Below, piece by piece: positions 11,534-21,556 of a DNA stretch of 64,000 nt. The position numbers were made by a program, and so were the translations under genes. The stretch is from Vicinamibacterales bacterium (GTDB lineage Bacteria > Acidobacteriota > Vicinamibacteria > Vicinamibacterales > UBA2999): the NCBI GenBank assembly GCA_050185275.1, contig JBFWZN010000005.1, positions 202,507 to 266,506 on the forward strand. The letters are read 5' to 3'. The notes below the pieces were generated by a model, which saw only the letters and a list, made by a program, of their open reading frames with translations, was not told the origin of the DNA and did not search any database. Position 1 is the stretch's first letter, and the number at the start of each line of letters is the position of its first letter.

Positions 11534-12292
11534 GTGCCGAAGGTCTCGGTCACCATCATCACGCTCGACGAGGAGGCACACATCGCCGCGGCGATCGCCA
11601 GCGTCGGATGGGCGGACGAGGTCATCGTCGTCGACGCGGAGAGCCGCGACCGTACGCGCGCGATCGCGGAGGCGGCCGGGGCGCGGGTCCTCGTCAGGCC
11701 CTGGACCGGCTACGTCGACCAGAAGAACTTCGCCGCGGCCGAAGCCGCCCACGACTGGATCTTCTCGCTGGACGCCGACGAGCGCGTCCCTCCTGCCCTG
11801 GCGGCCGAGATCGCCCGTACGCTGGCGCGCGAGCCTTCCGCATCGGCCTACCGCATCCCGCGGGTGACCTTCCATCTGGGACGCTGGATGCGGACGACGG
11901 ACTTCTTCCCCGACTTCCAGACCAGGCTGTACGACCGGCGCGCCGCCCGGTGGACGGGCGCGCACGTGCACGAATCCGTCTCCTCGGACGGCCCAGTCCA
12001 CACGATGCACGAGGAACTTCAGCACCTGTCCTATCGCGATCTGCGCGATCACCTCGACCGCATCAACCACTATTCGTCCCTGGCCGCGCGCCAGATGCAC
12101 GAACGGGGAAGGCGGGCCTCGGCGCTGGACCTGCTCGTCCATCCACCGGCGGCGTTCCTTCGGAACTACGTCCTGCGACGGGGCTTCCTCGATGGCACCG
12201 CGGGACTCGTCATCTCGCTGGTGAACGCCTATTCGGTCCTCCTGAAGTTCGCCAAGCTGTGGGAACTGCAGCAGGTCCCGCCCCGGGCATGA
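11534..12292 (+). CDS. GT2 glycosyltransferase (KdtX/WaaE-like)
   Basis: VIVVDAESRDRT, WIFSLDADE, VHE, GFLDG motifs. Confidence 0.88.
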   Translation: MPKVSVTIITLDEEAHIAAAIASVGWADEVIVVDAESRDRTRAIAEAAGARVLVRPWTGYVDQKNFAAAEAAHDWIFSLDADERVPPALAAEIARTLAREPSASAYRIPRVTFHLGRWMRTTDFFPDFQTRLYDRRAARWTGAHVHESVSSDGPVHTMHEELQHLSYRDLRDHLDRINHYSSLAARQMHERGRRASALDLLVHPPAAFLRNYVLRRGFLDGTAGLVISLVNAYSVLLKFAKLWELQQVPPRA

Positions 12293-12322
12293 CGCCTTCA
12301 GAGCCGCGGGGCTGAGCCCCCA

Positions 12323-13450
12323 ATGCCGACCTTCTCGCTCCACATCGACACGGCACGGACCTGGCGCGGAGGCCAGGGACAGGCGATGTACACCGTCACC
12401 GGCCTGCGCGCGGCTGGCCACCGCGCGGTCCTGGTCGCGCATCCCGACGGCGCGCTGCTGACGCGGATGCGTGACGGCCTCGACCTGGTGGCGCTCGCGC
12501 CGCGCAACGAAGTGGACCTCGCCTCGGCCTGGAAGCTGTCCCGCCTGCTCAAGCGGATGCGCCCCGACATCGTGCACGCGCACGACCCGCACGGGGTGGC
12601 GATGGCCGCGCTGGCACTGTCGATGGGGTCGCTGGCCCCGCGCCCCGTGTTCGTGGCCTCGAGGCGCGTGGACTTCCGCCTGGCGAAGAACTCCTTCTCC
12701 CGCTGGAAGTACTCGCTGGTGAACCGCTTCATCGCCAACAGCATGGCAGTGCGCGATCTGCTGGTGGCCGACGGCATTCCGGCGTCCCGCACGTGCGTGG
12801 TCAACGAGGCGGTGGACGTCCACCGGATGGAGCACCTGCCTGCCGCCAACGTGCATGCGGCGTTCTACCTGCCGACACACGCGCCGGTGGTGGGCAACGT
12901 GGCGGCGCTCGTGCCGCACAAGGGCCAGCACCATCTGCTCGACGCCGCCGCCCTCGTGGTGCGCGCAGTACCGGACGCGCGCTTCGTGATCGTGGGCGAC
13001 GGCGAGCTGCGCGAGAGCCTCGAACAGCACATCCGGCACATGCACCTCGAACGGCACGTCTTCCTGGCTGGCTTCCGCGAGGATGCGCTCGAGATGACCA
13101 AGGGCTTCGACGTCTTCGTCATGAGCTCGGTCACGGAGGGGATGGGCACCGCTCTCATCGACGCGATGGCCGCGGGCAAGGCGGCCGTTGGCACCACGGC
13201 CGGCGGCATTCCCGAGCTGATCGTGGAGGGGGTCACCGGATTCCTGGTGCAGCCGCGCGATCACGAGGCGATGGCCGATCGCATCGTGCGGCTGCTCAAG
13301 GACAACGCGCTGCGCACGCGGATGGGGAACGCGGCCCTTGCGCGGGCACGCGAGCATTTCACCGTCGCGCGGATGGTGCAGGAGACCGTGGCGGTCTACG
13401 ATGAGCTGCTCGCGCAGCGCACGGCCCCGCCCGGCGCCCTCACGTCCTGA
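12323..13450 (+). CDS. GT4 glycosyltransferase
   Basis: WRGGQGQ, DIVHAH, HKGQ, EGMGTALIDAMA, GGIPELI. Confidence 0.9.
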   Translation: MPTFSLHIDTARTWRGGQGQAMYTVTGLRAAGHRAVLVAHPDGALLTRMRDGLDLVALAPRNEVDLASAWKLSRLLKRMRPDIVHAHDPHGVAMAALALSMGSLAPRPVFVASRRVDFRLAKNSFSRWKYSLVNRFIANSMAVRDLLVADGIPASRTCVVNEAVDVHRMEHLPAANVHAAFYLPTHAPVVGNVAALVPHKGQHHLLDAAALVVRAVPDARFVIVGDGELRESLEQHIRHMHLERHVFLAGFREDALEMTKGFDVFVMSSVTEGMGTALIDAMAAGKAAVGTTAGGIPELIVEGVTGFLVQPRDHEAMADRIVRLLKDNALRTRMGNAALARAREHFTVARMVQETVAVYDELLAQRTAPPGALTS

Positions 13451-14312
13451 CGCGGCTCGGACGACCCGGGCGGCACGTGCCCCGCAGCGGACACTGGGTG
13501 TCGCGCTGCGCGCGCCCGAAGCCGCACGCGTTCATCATGCCCACGTGGCAGAGCGAGAAGTCGAAGCGGACGGGGTCGTCCGCATCGAGTGCCCGCAGGG
13601 ACTGCGTGATCTCGGCGGCCATCCTCCAGCCGGGGCTGACGCGTGAGGTGAGGCGAAGGCAGCGTCCGAGCCTGATCACGTGCGTATCGAGGGGCACGAC
13701 CAGCCGCGCGGGCGCCACCCGGCTCCACACGCCGAGATCGATGGCATCGCGACGCACCATCCAGCGGAGGAAGAGATTGAGCCGCTTGCAGGCGCTCCCC
13801 CCCGAGGGGCGCGGAAAGAAGTAGGACACGCCGGGCCTGGGCGCCGTGCCGCCATAGACGGCCCGCACGTCCGTCTGGAGCGCCCGTGCGGAAAAGGACT
13901 CGAGCGCGCCCGAGACGTCGGGCGTTCGCGGGTCGTCCCCCGCCGCGAAGAACGCCTCGATCGAACCAGACTCGTCGAGCATCCGTCGCAGGACGAGCAC
14001 GAGCGCCGCCAGGTCCGCGCCACGGATCCAGCGGTGGACCAGAGGCTCGAGGGCGCGACGCTGGCGCCGCGGGTCGAAGTGCCGGACGTAGTCCGCAGGC
14101 GCGGGTCCCATCACGGCCAGCAGCGCCTCGATCGAGTGCATCACGCTCGAGACACGGCCGAAGGCCAGGGCGGCCGCACAGAACGCCACGACCTCGACGT
14201 CGTCGGGGCGCTCGAAACGCCGAACGATGTGCACCGGATCGGTCGCCGACTGAACGTGGTCGAACTGACGGTAGAGGCCGTCCAGTGCACCCCGCAGGAC
14301 CACGGCACCCAT
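13440..14312 (-). CDS. TIGR02757/DUF2400 family protein (HhH-GPD related)
   Basis: DPVHIV, SACKRLNLFLRWMVR, PLDTHV, DPVRFDFSLC; ATG at 14312. Confidence 0.85.
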   Translation of the reverse strand: MGAVVLRGALDGLYRQFDHVQSATDPVHIVRRFERPDDVEVVAFCAAALAFGRVSSVMHSIEALLAVMGPAPADYVRHFDPRRQRRALEPLVHRWIRGADLAALVLVLRRMLDESGSIEAFFAAGDDPRTPDVSGALESFSARALQTDVRAVYGGTAPRPGVSYFFPRPSGGSACKRLNLFLRWMVRRDAIDLGVWSRVAPARLVVPLDTHVIRLGRCLRLTSRVSPGWRMAAEITQSLRALDADDPVRFDFSLCHVGMMNACGFGRAQRDTQCPLRGTCRPGRPSRVRT

Positions 14313-14323
14313 CGCGGTCCCTG

Positions 14324-14944
14324 TCAGAAGGTGGTGAGGGCGACACCCGCGCGGCAGAGCGGGCACGCGTCGGCCGGATAGTTGTCGGGGGCCTTGTACT
14401 CGGCCAGCGCCACGTTCGGCACGCCGACGTCCTCGATGGCCTCGAGACGGTCGAAGATCTCGGCCGTGGCGAGCACCACGCCCCCGGCCTGCCGCACCAG
14501 GTCCGCACACCGCGCGAAGGTCTGCCCCGTGTTGCGCACGTCGTCCACGAGCAGCACGCGCCGGCCGGCGATCTGCTGCCCGTAGAACCGGCTGAGTGTG
14601 AGCCCCGCCGCAGGTGCCGGGGTGAAGGGCGCAAACACCGTGGGCGGCGCAGCCAGGGCCCGGCGGCTGTCGAGCAGTCCCGCCATGGTGTGAGCCAGGA
14701 GCGCACCCCCGGTCACGGGACCCGCCACCACCTCGGCTTCCGCGATCGTCTCCGTGGGCAGCACGTCGAGCAGGTCCTGCGCGAATCGCCAGATCGTGGA
14801 CGGGAAACGGAACAACTGGTGCGGGTTGAGGTAGAGGGGACCGTGAAAGCCGTTGCCGAAGTCGAAATGCCCATCGGTCATCAGCACCGCGTACTTCTGC
14901 AGGCTCTCGAGCGCGGACTGTCGGGCCTCGTCGCGGCGGGTCAC
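14324..14944 (-). CDS. Type I phosphoribosyltransferase, divergent PyrE paralog
   Basis: GHFDFGNG, GPVTGG, PRPP loop LVDDVRNTGQT, C-terminal CPLC. Confidence 0.8.
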   Translation of the reverse strand: MTRRDEARQSALESLQKYAVLMTDGHFDFGNGFHGPLYLNPHQLFRFPSTIWRFAQDLLDVLPTETIAEAEVVAGPVTGGALLAHTMAGLLDSRRALAAPPTVFAPFTPAPAAGLTLSRFYGQQIAGRRVLLVDDVRNTGQTFARCADLVRQAGGVVLATAEIFDRLEAIEDVGVPNVALAEYKAPDNYPADACPLCRAGVALTTF

Positions 14945-16290
14945 CGGCCCTGCCCCGGTCCGCCGGGCGACGGGTCGAGGCCGGCGCGCGCCAGCCCGGC
15001 ATCCGCATGCACGAAGACGGCACGCCCCCCCACCAGCGTCGCCGCCACCCCGCCCCTGAGGGACCAGCCATCGAAGGGTGTGTTCTTCGACAGGGACACC
15101 AGGCGTGACGCCTCGACCCGTACCTCGAGGTCAGGGGCCAGGATCGTGATGTCGGCGGGCGCGCCGACCGAGAGGCTCCCGCCTGGCAGGTTGAGGATCC
15201 GCGCGGGATTGCACGAGAGCAGTTCCACCAGCCTGGGGAGCGTGACCACCCCGGCGTGCACGAGCCGGTCGAGGCACAGGGGAACGGCGGTCTCGAGACC
15301 CACGATGCCGAACGGCGCGCGATCGAACTCGACGTGCTTCTCGTCGGCATGATGCGGCGCGTGGTCGGTGGCGATCACGTCGATGCTGCCATCGGCAAGG
15401 CCGGCGAGCATGGCGTCGCGGTCGGCCGCCTCCCGAAGCGGCGGGTTCATCTTCGTGTTGGTGTCGTAGGCGACCGGCGACCGGAGCGACTCGTCGGTCA
15501 GCGTGAAGTGGTGCGGCGCCACCTCGCACGTGATGCGCACGCCCGCCTCCTTGCCTTTCCGCACCGCCCGCAGCGACTGCCGGGCACTCATGTGCGCGAC
15601 GTGCACGGCAGAACCGGTCAGCTCGGCAAGCAGGACGTCCCGCTCCACCATGATGGCCTCGCACGCGCCGGGAATGCCCCTGAGCCCGAGCGCCGCGGCC
15701 ACCACGCCTTCGTGCGCGACGCCCTCACCCTTGAGCGAGGGATCCTCGCTGTGCTCGATGACGGGCATCCCGAACATCCCGGCGTACTCGAGGGCGCGCC
15801 GCATCAGCAGCGCGGTCTTCACGGGATGGCCGTCGTCGGTGATCGCCACGCAGCCCGCGGCATGGAGTTCGCCGATGTCGGCGAGCTGCTCGCCCTTCTG
15901 GCCACGCGAGACGGCACCGATCGGGTACACCCTGGCCAGACCCGCCTCGGCGGCCTTCGCCAGGATGAACGCCGTGACGTTGGCGTTGTCGTTCACCGGC
16001 GAGGTATTGGGCATGCACGCCACGGCGGTGAAGCCGCCGGCCACCGCGGAGGCGACTCCCGTCGCCACCGTCTCCTTGTGCTCCTGGCCCGGCTCCCGCA
16101 GGTGCACATGGATGTCGATGAGCCCCGGACACACGATGAATCCCTTCGGCACCTCGACGACCACCGCGTCGTCCAGGGGCAGATCGCGCCCCACCCGCGC
16201 GATCCGGTCCCCGTCCACGAGCACATCCATGTCGCCGTCGAGACCGTTGACGGGATCGACGACGCGCCCGCCCCTAAACAACCGCTTCAT
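14941..16290 (-). CDS. pyrC: Dihydroorotase
   Basis: [30 protein letters not shown]; ATG at 16290. Confidence 0.95.
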   Translation of the reverse strand: MKRLFRGGRVVDPVNGLDGDMDVLVDGDRIARVGRDLPLDDAVVVEVPKGFIVCPGLIDIHVHLREPGQEHKETVATGVASAVAGGFTAVACMPNTSPVNDNANVTAFILAKAAEAGLARVYPIGAVSRGQKGEQLADIGELHAAGCVAITDDGHPVKTALLMRRALEYAGMFGMPVIEHSEDPSLKGEGVAHEGVVAAALGLRGIPGACEAIMVERDVLLAELTGSAVHVAHMSARQSLRAVRKGKEAGVRITCEVAPHHFTLTDESLRSPVAYDTNTKMNPPLREAADRDAMLAGLADGSIDVIATDHAPHHADEKHVEFDRAPFGIVGLETAVPLCLDRLVHAGVVTLPRLVELLSCNPARILNLPGGSLSVGAPADITILAPDLEVRVEASRLVSLSKNTPFDGWSLRGGVAATLVGGRAVFVHADAGLARAGLDPSPGGPGQGR

Positions 16291-17248
16291 GTTCCGCTCC
16301 GCCCGCCAGCAGGTACAGCACGGCCATCCGCACCGCCACACCGTTGGCCACCTGTTCGAGAATCACCGAGTTGGGACCGTCCGCGACGTCGGAGGCAATC
16401 TCCACGCCGCGATTCATCGGGCCGGGATGCATCACCAGCACGTCGGGCCTGGCCAGGGCCAGCCGCGCGGACGTCATGCCGAAGAGACGGAAGTACTCCC
16501 GCAGCGAAGGGAAGAAGGCGCCCTCCATGCGTTCGAGCTGGATGCGCAGGAGCATGACGACGTCGGCGTCCCGTACCGCCTCGTCCACACGGTGCGTGAC
16601 CCGCACGCCAAGCCCCGGCAGGTCCACGGGCACCAGGGTCGGCGGGCCGCATGCCCAGACACGCGCGCCCATCTTCGTGAGCAGCAGGACGTTCGAGCGG
16701 AGCACCCGGCTGTGCAGGAGGTCGCCGATGATGGCCACCTTCAGATCCGACAGCCGCGCCTTGTGCTCGCGGATGGTGAAGGCGTCGAGCAGGGCCTGCG
16801 TGGGGTGCTCGTGGGTGCCGTCGCCGGCATTGATGACCGCGGACCGGCAGGTGCGGGAGAGCAGGTGGGCAGCGCCCGAGGAGGCATGCCGCACGACGAT
16901 CATGTCGGGCTGCATCGCTTCGAGGGTGCGTACCGTGTCCACCAGTGTCTCGCCCTTCACCACGCTCGACGTGCCGGCTGCGATGCTCAACGTGTCGGCG
17001 CTCAGGCGCTTCTCGGCGATCTCGAACGACGTGCGCGTGCGCGTGCTCGGCTCGAAGAAGAGGTTGACGACGGTCTTGCCCCTGAGCGCCGGCACCTTCT
17101 TGATGGGCCGGCTTCCGATCTCCTTCATGGCCTCGGCGGTGTCGAGGACGAGCGAGATCTCCTCGGGCGTCAGCTCGGACACGCCCAGGAGATCCTTGCC
17201 GCGCAACGCCGTGGCCGGCAGGACGTTCCCGCCCTCGACAGCGCTCAT
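16274..17248 (-). CDS. pyrB: Aspartate carbamoyltransferase catalytic subunit
   Basis: [28 protein letters not shown]. Confidence 0.97.
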   Translation of the reverse strand: MSAVEGGNVLPATALRGKDLLGVSELTPEEISLVLDTAEAMKEIGSRPIKKVPALRGKTVVNLFFEPSTRTRTSFEIAEKRLSADTLSIAAGTSSVVKGETLVDTVRTLEAMQPDMIVVRHASSGAAHLLSRTCRSAVINAGDGTHEHPTQALLDAFTIREHKARLSDLKVAIIGDLLHSRVLRSNVLLLTKMGARVWACGPPTLVPVDLPGLGVRVTHRVDEAVRDADVVMLLRIQLERMEGAFFPSLREYFRLFGMTSARLALARPDVLVMHPGPMNRGVEIASDVADGPNSVILEQVANGVAVRMAVLYLLAGGAEHEAVV

Positions 17249-17787
17249 GCGCCGCCCTCCCGCTCCAGCACGACGGCGTCCTCGCCGTCGCTCTCCATCA
17301 GCCGCACCTGCACGCTCTCACCGCTCGAGGTCGGCAGGTTCTTGCCCACGTAGTCGGCTTTGATCGGCAGCTCGCGGTGGCCGCGATCGACGAGCACCAC
17401 CAGCTGGATGGACTTGGGCCGGCCGAAGTCGATGAGGGCATCGAGGGCCGCGCGCGTGGTGCGGCCGGTGTAGAGGACGTCGTCGACGAGCAGGATCCGG
17501 CGGTCGTCGATCGTGAAGGGAATCTCCGTGCGGCGCACCAGCGGCTGAGGGCCGACGGCATGACGCATCAGGTCGTCGCGGTAGAGCGTGATGTCGAGGG
17601 CTCCGGTCGGGACCTCGCGACCGGCGATCTCGGCAAGGCTGCGTGCCAGGCGGCGCGCGATGTGGACGCCGCGCGTCCGGACGCCGACGATGGCGAGGTT
17701 CTCGACGCCCTTGTTGCGCTCGACGATCTCGTGGGCGATGCGGGTAAGGGTACGGGAGATGCGATCCGCATCCATTACGACAGGCAT
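17245..17787 (-). CDS. pyrR: Pyrimidine operon attenuation protein / uracil PRTase
   Basis: [36 protein letters not shown]; GGAGGT RBS. Confidence 0.96.
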   Translation of the reverse strand: MPVVMDADRISRTLTRIAHEIVERNKGVENLAIVGVRTRGVHIARRLARSLAEIAGREVPTGALDITLYRDDLMRHAVGPQPLVRRTEIPFTIDDRRILLVDDVLYTGRTTRAALDALIDFGRPKSIQLVVLVDRGHRELPIKADYVGKNLPTSSGESVQVRLMESDGEDAVVLEREGGA

Positions 17788-17796
17788 GCGGACCTC

Positions 17797-17862
17797 CGGA
17801 CGATGTCAGTGAGTCGCCCGCTCACGCGGACGATGCAGGTGAGTCGTCCGCTCACGCGGACG
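17797..17862. repeat. Two-and-a-bit copies of a 30-bp tandem repeat in the pyrR leader, each forming a GUGA-tetraloop hairpin
   Basis: cggacgatgtcagtgagtcgcccgctcacg / cggacgatgcaggtgagtcgtccgctcacg / cggacg. Confidence 0.85.
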
Positions 17863-17884
17863 GCACGGCGGGATGGGAGCATGG

Positions 17885-17927
17885 ACACCTCTTGGCGGCC
17901 TCGCAGGGCTCGCGATTAAAGAGCGCG
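17885..17927 (-). promoter_or_regulatory. PyrR-binding RNA loop
   Basis: Minus strand reads CUCUUUAA-UCGCG-AGCCCUGCGAGGC-CGCC-AAGAG, close to the CUUUAA...ARUCCNGNGAGGYU...AAG consensus; upstream of pyrR. Confidence 0.8.
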
Positions 17928-17930
17928 ACG

Positions 17931-17970
17931 AGTATAGCGCACCCCCGCCCTGGGGACCGCCTGCTATACT
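17931..17970. promoter_or_regulatory. Back-to-back TATACT -10 elements for the divergent pyr operons
   Basis: agtatagc (17931-38) and gctatact (17963-70) are inverted repeats; the plus copy is an extended TGnTATACT. Confidence 0.55.
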
Positions 17971-17979
17971 GATGCCTCG

Positions 17980-18786
17980 ATGCCCGTCGATGTCGAGGCA
18001 CGGGTCATTCGGAACACCCGCCTCTCTCCCGACTACAACGTGATCGCGCTTGCGGCCCCGGAAATCGCGGCGGTCACGCGTCCCGGCCAGTTCGTGATGG
18101 TCAGGCCCGCCCGCGGTCTCGATCCCCTGCTGCGTCGTCCCTTTTCCGTGTTCGAGATCCTGCGGGACGAAGACCGCCCGATCGGCATCACGATCCTCAG
18201 CAAGCGCATCGGCCCCACCACACGGCTGCTCTTCGAGGCCGCCGAAGGCGACACGATCTCGTGCCTGGGCCCCCTGGGCCAGCCGTTCGCGCTGCCGGAG
18301 CCGAACGCGGAGGCCTGGATGATTGCGGGTGGCGTCGGCCTGGCCCCCTTCGCCACCCTCACCGAGTCGCTGGCCGCGCGGGGCATCCGCTCCACCCTGT
18401 TCTACGGCGCGCGGCGCGCGGACGAACTCTTCTACCGGTCGTGGTTCGAGCAGCGTGGCGTACGCCTGGTCCTCAGCACCGAGGACGGCAGCGCTGGTGC
18501 GCACGGGCGGATCACGGTGCCACTCGCCGCCGCGTTCCAGGCGGCTGACGGCTCGCGCGTGGCCTGCTACGCCTGCGGTCCGGAGCCCATGCTGGCCGCC
18601 GTCTCGGAGCTGGCCGCCGGGTTCGGGCGCGACGTACAGGTGTCGGTCGAACGCGTGATGGGGTGCGGGATGGGCGGCTGCTACAGCTGCGTGGTGCCGA
18701 TGAAGACCCCCGACGGCGGCCACCACTACGTGCGCTCGTGCATCAGCGGGCCCGTCTTTGCCGGCTCCTCGCTCGTATGGGACTGA
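17980..18786 (+). CDS. pyrK: Dihydroorotate dehydrogenase electron transfer subunit
   Basis: PGQFVM, LRRPFS, AGGVGLAP, ACGPEPM, MGCGMGGCYSC...SC [2Fe-2S] motif. Confidence 0.93.
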   Translation: MPVDVEARVIRNTRLSPDYNVIALAAPEIAAVTRPGQFVMVRPARGLDPLLRRPFSVFEILRDEDRPIGITILSKRIGPTTRLLFEAAEGDTISCLGPLGQPFALPEPNAEAWMIAGGVGLAPFATLTESLAARGIRSTLFYGARRADELFYRSWFEQRGVRLVLSTEDGSAGAHGRITVPLAAAFQAADGSRVACYACGPEPMLAAVSELAAGFGRDVQVSVERVMGCGMGGCYSCVVPMKTPDGGHHYVRSCISGPVFAGSSLVWD

Positions 18787-18794
18787 CGACACCC

Positions 18795-19718
18795 GTGGAC
18801 CTCTCCGTGCGGATCGGCTCGCTCCAGCTCGCCAACCCGTTCATCGCGGCGAGCGGGTGTTTCGGGTACGGCGTCGAGTACGCCGAAGCCCTCGACCTGT
18901 CGCGGCTCGGCGGCATCGCCGTGAAGGGCCTCTTCCTGTCGGAGCGGCAGGGCCATCCCCCGGAACGCATCGTCGAGACGCCCGCGGGCATGCTCAACGC
19001 CATCGGGCTGCAGGGCATCGGCGTGCACCGGTTCATCGCCGAGAAGATGCCGGAACTGCGCCGGCTGGGTGCCACGACGATCGTGAACATCTGCGGCAGC
19101 ACGCTCGACGAATACGTGGAGCTGGCGCGGATCCTCTCGGACGTCGAGGGCGTGGCGGCCCTGGAACTCAACATCTCGTGTCCGAACATCAAGGAGGGCG
19201 GCATCCAGTTCGGCTGCAGCCTGCACGGCACCCACGACGTGGTCAGCGCGGTGCGGAAGGTCACGCGATTGCCCGTGATCCCCAAACTCACGCCCAACGT
19301 GACGGACGTGGCGTCCTTCGCCCGCGCAGCCGCCGACGCCGGCGCCGATGCCGTGTCGCTCGTCAACACGTTCCTGGCCATGGCCATCGACGTCGAGACG
19401 CGGCGCCCGCGCCTGTCCAATGTCGTCGGTGGATTGAGCGGTCCGGCGATCCGCCCGATCGCGGTCCGAATGGTGTACGAGTGCCGGCAGGCCGTGACGA
19501 TTCCCATCATCGGCATGGGCGGCATTGCCTCGGCGGAGGACGCGCTCGAGTTCTTCATCGCGGGGGCCACGGCCGTGCAGGTGGGCACGGCCAACTTCGT
19601 GGACCCCTTCATCTGGCAGAAGCTGGTGGATGGCCTGGAGCAGTATCTCGAGCGCCACGCGATCCCGGGCGTCGCGGCCCTCGTCGGCTCGCTCGACACG
19701 ACCGCGGAGCACGCATGA
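18795..19718 (+). CDS. pyrD: Dihydroorotate dehydrogenase, family 1B catalytic subunit (start may be 18777)
   Basis: AASGCFGYG, GMLNAIGLQ, ELNISCPN, KLTPNVTD, GGLSGPAIRP. Confidence 0.95.
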   Translation: MDLSVRIGSLQLANPFIAASGCFGYGVEYAEALDLSRLGGIAVKGLFLSERQGHPPERIVETPAGMLNAIGLQGIGVHRFIAEKMPELRRLGATTIVNICGSTLDEYVELARILSDVEGVAALELNISCPNIKEGGIQFGCSLHGTHDVVSAVRKVTRLPVIPKLTPNVTDVASFARAAADAGADAVSLVNTFLAMAIDVETRRPRLSNVVGGLSGPAIRPIAVRMVYECRQAVTIPIIGMGGIASAEDALEFFIAGATAVQVGTANFVDPFIWQKLVDGLEQYLERHAIPGVAALVGSLDTTAEHA

Positions 19719-20428
19719 ACAGACTGATCGTCGCCCTCGATGTGGACACCGGAACGCGGGCACTGGCGCTCGCCGAGTCGCTGCGCGGGATCGCGGGCGG
19801 TCTCAAGGTCGGGAGCCGGCTGTTCACGCTCGAGGGCCCCTCCCTCGTGCGACAGCTGGCCGACGACGGCCACAAGGTCTTTCTCGATCTCAAGTTCCAC
19901 GACATCCCCAACACCGTGGCGCAGGCGGTGGCCTCGGCCGTGCGCACGGGCGCGTGGATGATCAACGTGCACGCGTCCGGGGGCAGCGCCATGATGCAGG
20001 CGGCCGCGGAGGCCGGTCGTCGAGCGGCGCTCGACACGGGCGTGCCGGCGCCACTGCTCATCGCCGTGACCGTCCTCACCAGCATGGATGAAGACACGCT
20101 GCGGAGCGTAGGCGTCGGGCGGGCGCTGCCCGACCAGGTGGTGACCCTGGCACGGATGGCGCAGGCCGCAGGCCTCGACGGTGTGGTGGCCTCACCGCTC
20201 GAAACCAGTGTCCTGCGCTCCGCGTGCGGGCCGGCGTTCGGAATCGTCACCCCTGGGATCCGGGGGGCGTCCGCGGGCACCACGATGGACGATCAGGCAC
20301 GCACCATGGGTCCGGCCGACGCCGTTCGTGCCGGTGCGAGCTACATCGTGGTGGGGCGGCCGATCATCGGCGCCCCGGATCCGCGCGCGGCGGCCGAGGC
20401 CATCGCCCGGGAACTCGGCACGCCGTAG
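19715..20428 (+). CDS. pyrF: Orotidine-5'-phosphate decarboxylase
   Basis: IVALD, FLDLKFHDIPNTV, VTPGIR, VVGRPI; ATGA overlap with pyrD. Confidence 0.96.
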   Translation: MNRLIVALDVDTGTRALALAESLRGIAGGLKVGSRLFTLEGPSLVRQLADDGHKVFLDLKFHDIPNTVAQAVASAVRTGAWMINVHASGGSAMMQAAAEAGRRAALDTGVPAPLLIAVTVLTSMDEDTLRSVGVGRALPDQVVTLARMAQAAGLDGVVASPLETSVLRSACGPAFGIVTPGIRGASAGTTMDDQARTMGPADAVRAGASYIVVGRPIIGAPDPRAAAEAIARELGTP

Positions 20429-20456
20429 GCCACGATCCGGCCCGCTGCCTCCCTGC

Positions 20457-21383
20457 TCAGGCGGGATACGCGCAGCGAAAGCCGACGAATGCCACCGCGT
20501 TCGACACCTCGTGGCTGTCGCGCCACCGGGTTCGCAGGTTCACGACGCTTCCTGCGTAGCTCCCACCCCGAATGACACGCCGGCCCCTCACCAGGGCAGC
20601 CGCGGCGTCATCCACGGCCCCCCCGGCCACCGGATCCCTGACGGGTTCCTCGCCGGGCCGCTCCTCCCACGCGTCGAGGGTCCACTCCCACACATTGCCG
20701 GCCAGGTCGTAGAGCCCGGGCCCGGTGGGTGGATACCGTCCGACCGTCGCTGTAGTCCCGAGCCCTGCGGCGGCGAAGTTCGCCAGGGCGGGCGTCGGCG
20801 GCGCCTCGCCCCACGGAAACTCCCGGCCATCGCCATCCGTGGCCGCGTACTCCCACTCCGCCTCGCTGGGCAGCCGGCCACCCGCCCAGCGACAGAAGGC
20901 CCGTGCAGCGCCCCACGTGACGAACGTCACCGGGTGCCGCTCGAGTCCCGGCGGCACGCGGCCTCCCGTCCAGTGCCGCAGGTAGCCGCCCGCTGCGCGA
21001 CCCGCCTGCGCGCCTGCGGGCCGCCACCCGGGCTGCGCCTCGACGAAGCGCAGGAAGCGGGCGTTGGTCACCTCGAAGCGATCCATGCGAAAGGCACTGA
21101 CGCTGACGGATCGCACCGGCACCTCGTTCTGGAAGATGCCCGGGAAATCGATGCCGTGGCGGACCTTGGCCGCGTCGACCCCTGAGGGCGGAAGCCCCAT
21201 GCGAAAGGTGCCGCCGGCAAGCGCCACGGCGTCCTGCGCCTGGGCCGGTGCCTGATCCTGAGCTCGGGCGTGCCCCCGGAGGGGTCCCGACCGGAGCCCC
21301 GTGCCGGGTTCCAGCCCGCCCACGATGAGAGCGGCGACCACCAGGCCGAGCCGGATCGCTGCACCACCTGCTCCGCTGCGCAT
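20457..21383 (-). CDS. Exported FGE-sulfatase/SUMF1 domain protein
   Basis: GGTFRMG, FEVTN, RLPSEAEWEYAA, GLYDLAGNVWEW, RGGS, GFRC. Confidence 0.9.
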   Translation of the reverse strand: MRSGAGGAAIRLGLVVAALIVGGLEPGTGLRSGPLRGHARAQDQAPAQAQDAVALAGGTFRMGLPPSGVDAAKVRHGIDFPGIFQNEVPVRSVSVSAFRMDRFEVTNARFLRFVEAQPGWRPAGAQAGRAAGGYLRHWTGGRVPPGLERHPVTFVTWGAARAFCRWAGGRLPSEAEWEYAATDGDGREFPWGEAPPTPALANFAAAGLGTTATVGRYPPTGPGLYDLAGNVWEWTLDAWEERPGEEPVRDPVAGGAVDDAAAALVRGRRVIRGGSYAGSVVNLRTRWRDSHEVSNAVAFVGFRCAYPA

Positions 21384-21488
21384 CTCGCACCTCCCGGGAG
21401 TCGAGGGGACTTCGACCGACCCTCGACGAGGACGCCAGCGTGGATGTTCCCTCGCGCGCCCGCGTTCGGCGCAGAGATCGGGCGCTCC

Positions 21489-21529
21489 AATAAGAACGGG
21501 GCCGGGCCCCGTATGGGTACCCGGCCCCG
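21489..21529 (-). terminator. Rho-independent terminator after pal
   Basis: cggggccggg...cccggccccg stem followed on the minus strand by TTCTTATT. Confidence 0.75.
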
Positions 21530-21556
21530 CGATTGTGCCAGCGACGGCGCGACGGG

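Noticed and set aside
11156-13357. 733-aa minus-strand ORF
   Set aside because: Antisense shadow of tolC-like and glycosyltransferase genes
17797-17862. Possible mini-CRISPR
   Set aside because: Head-to-tail 30-bp duplication without spacers, inside the pyrR leader
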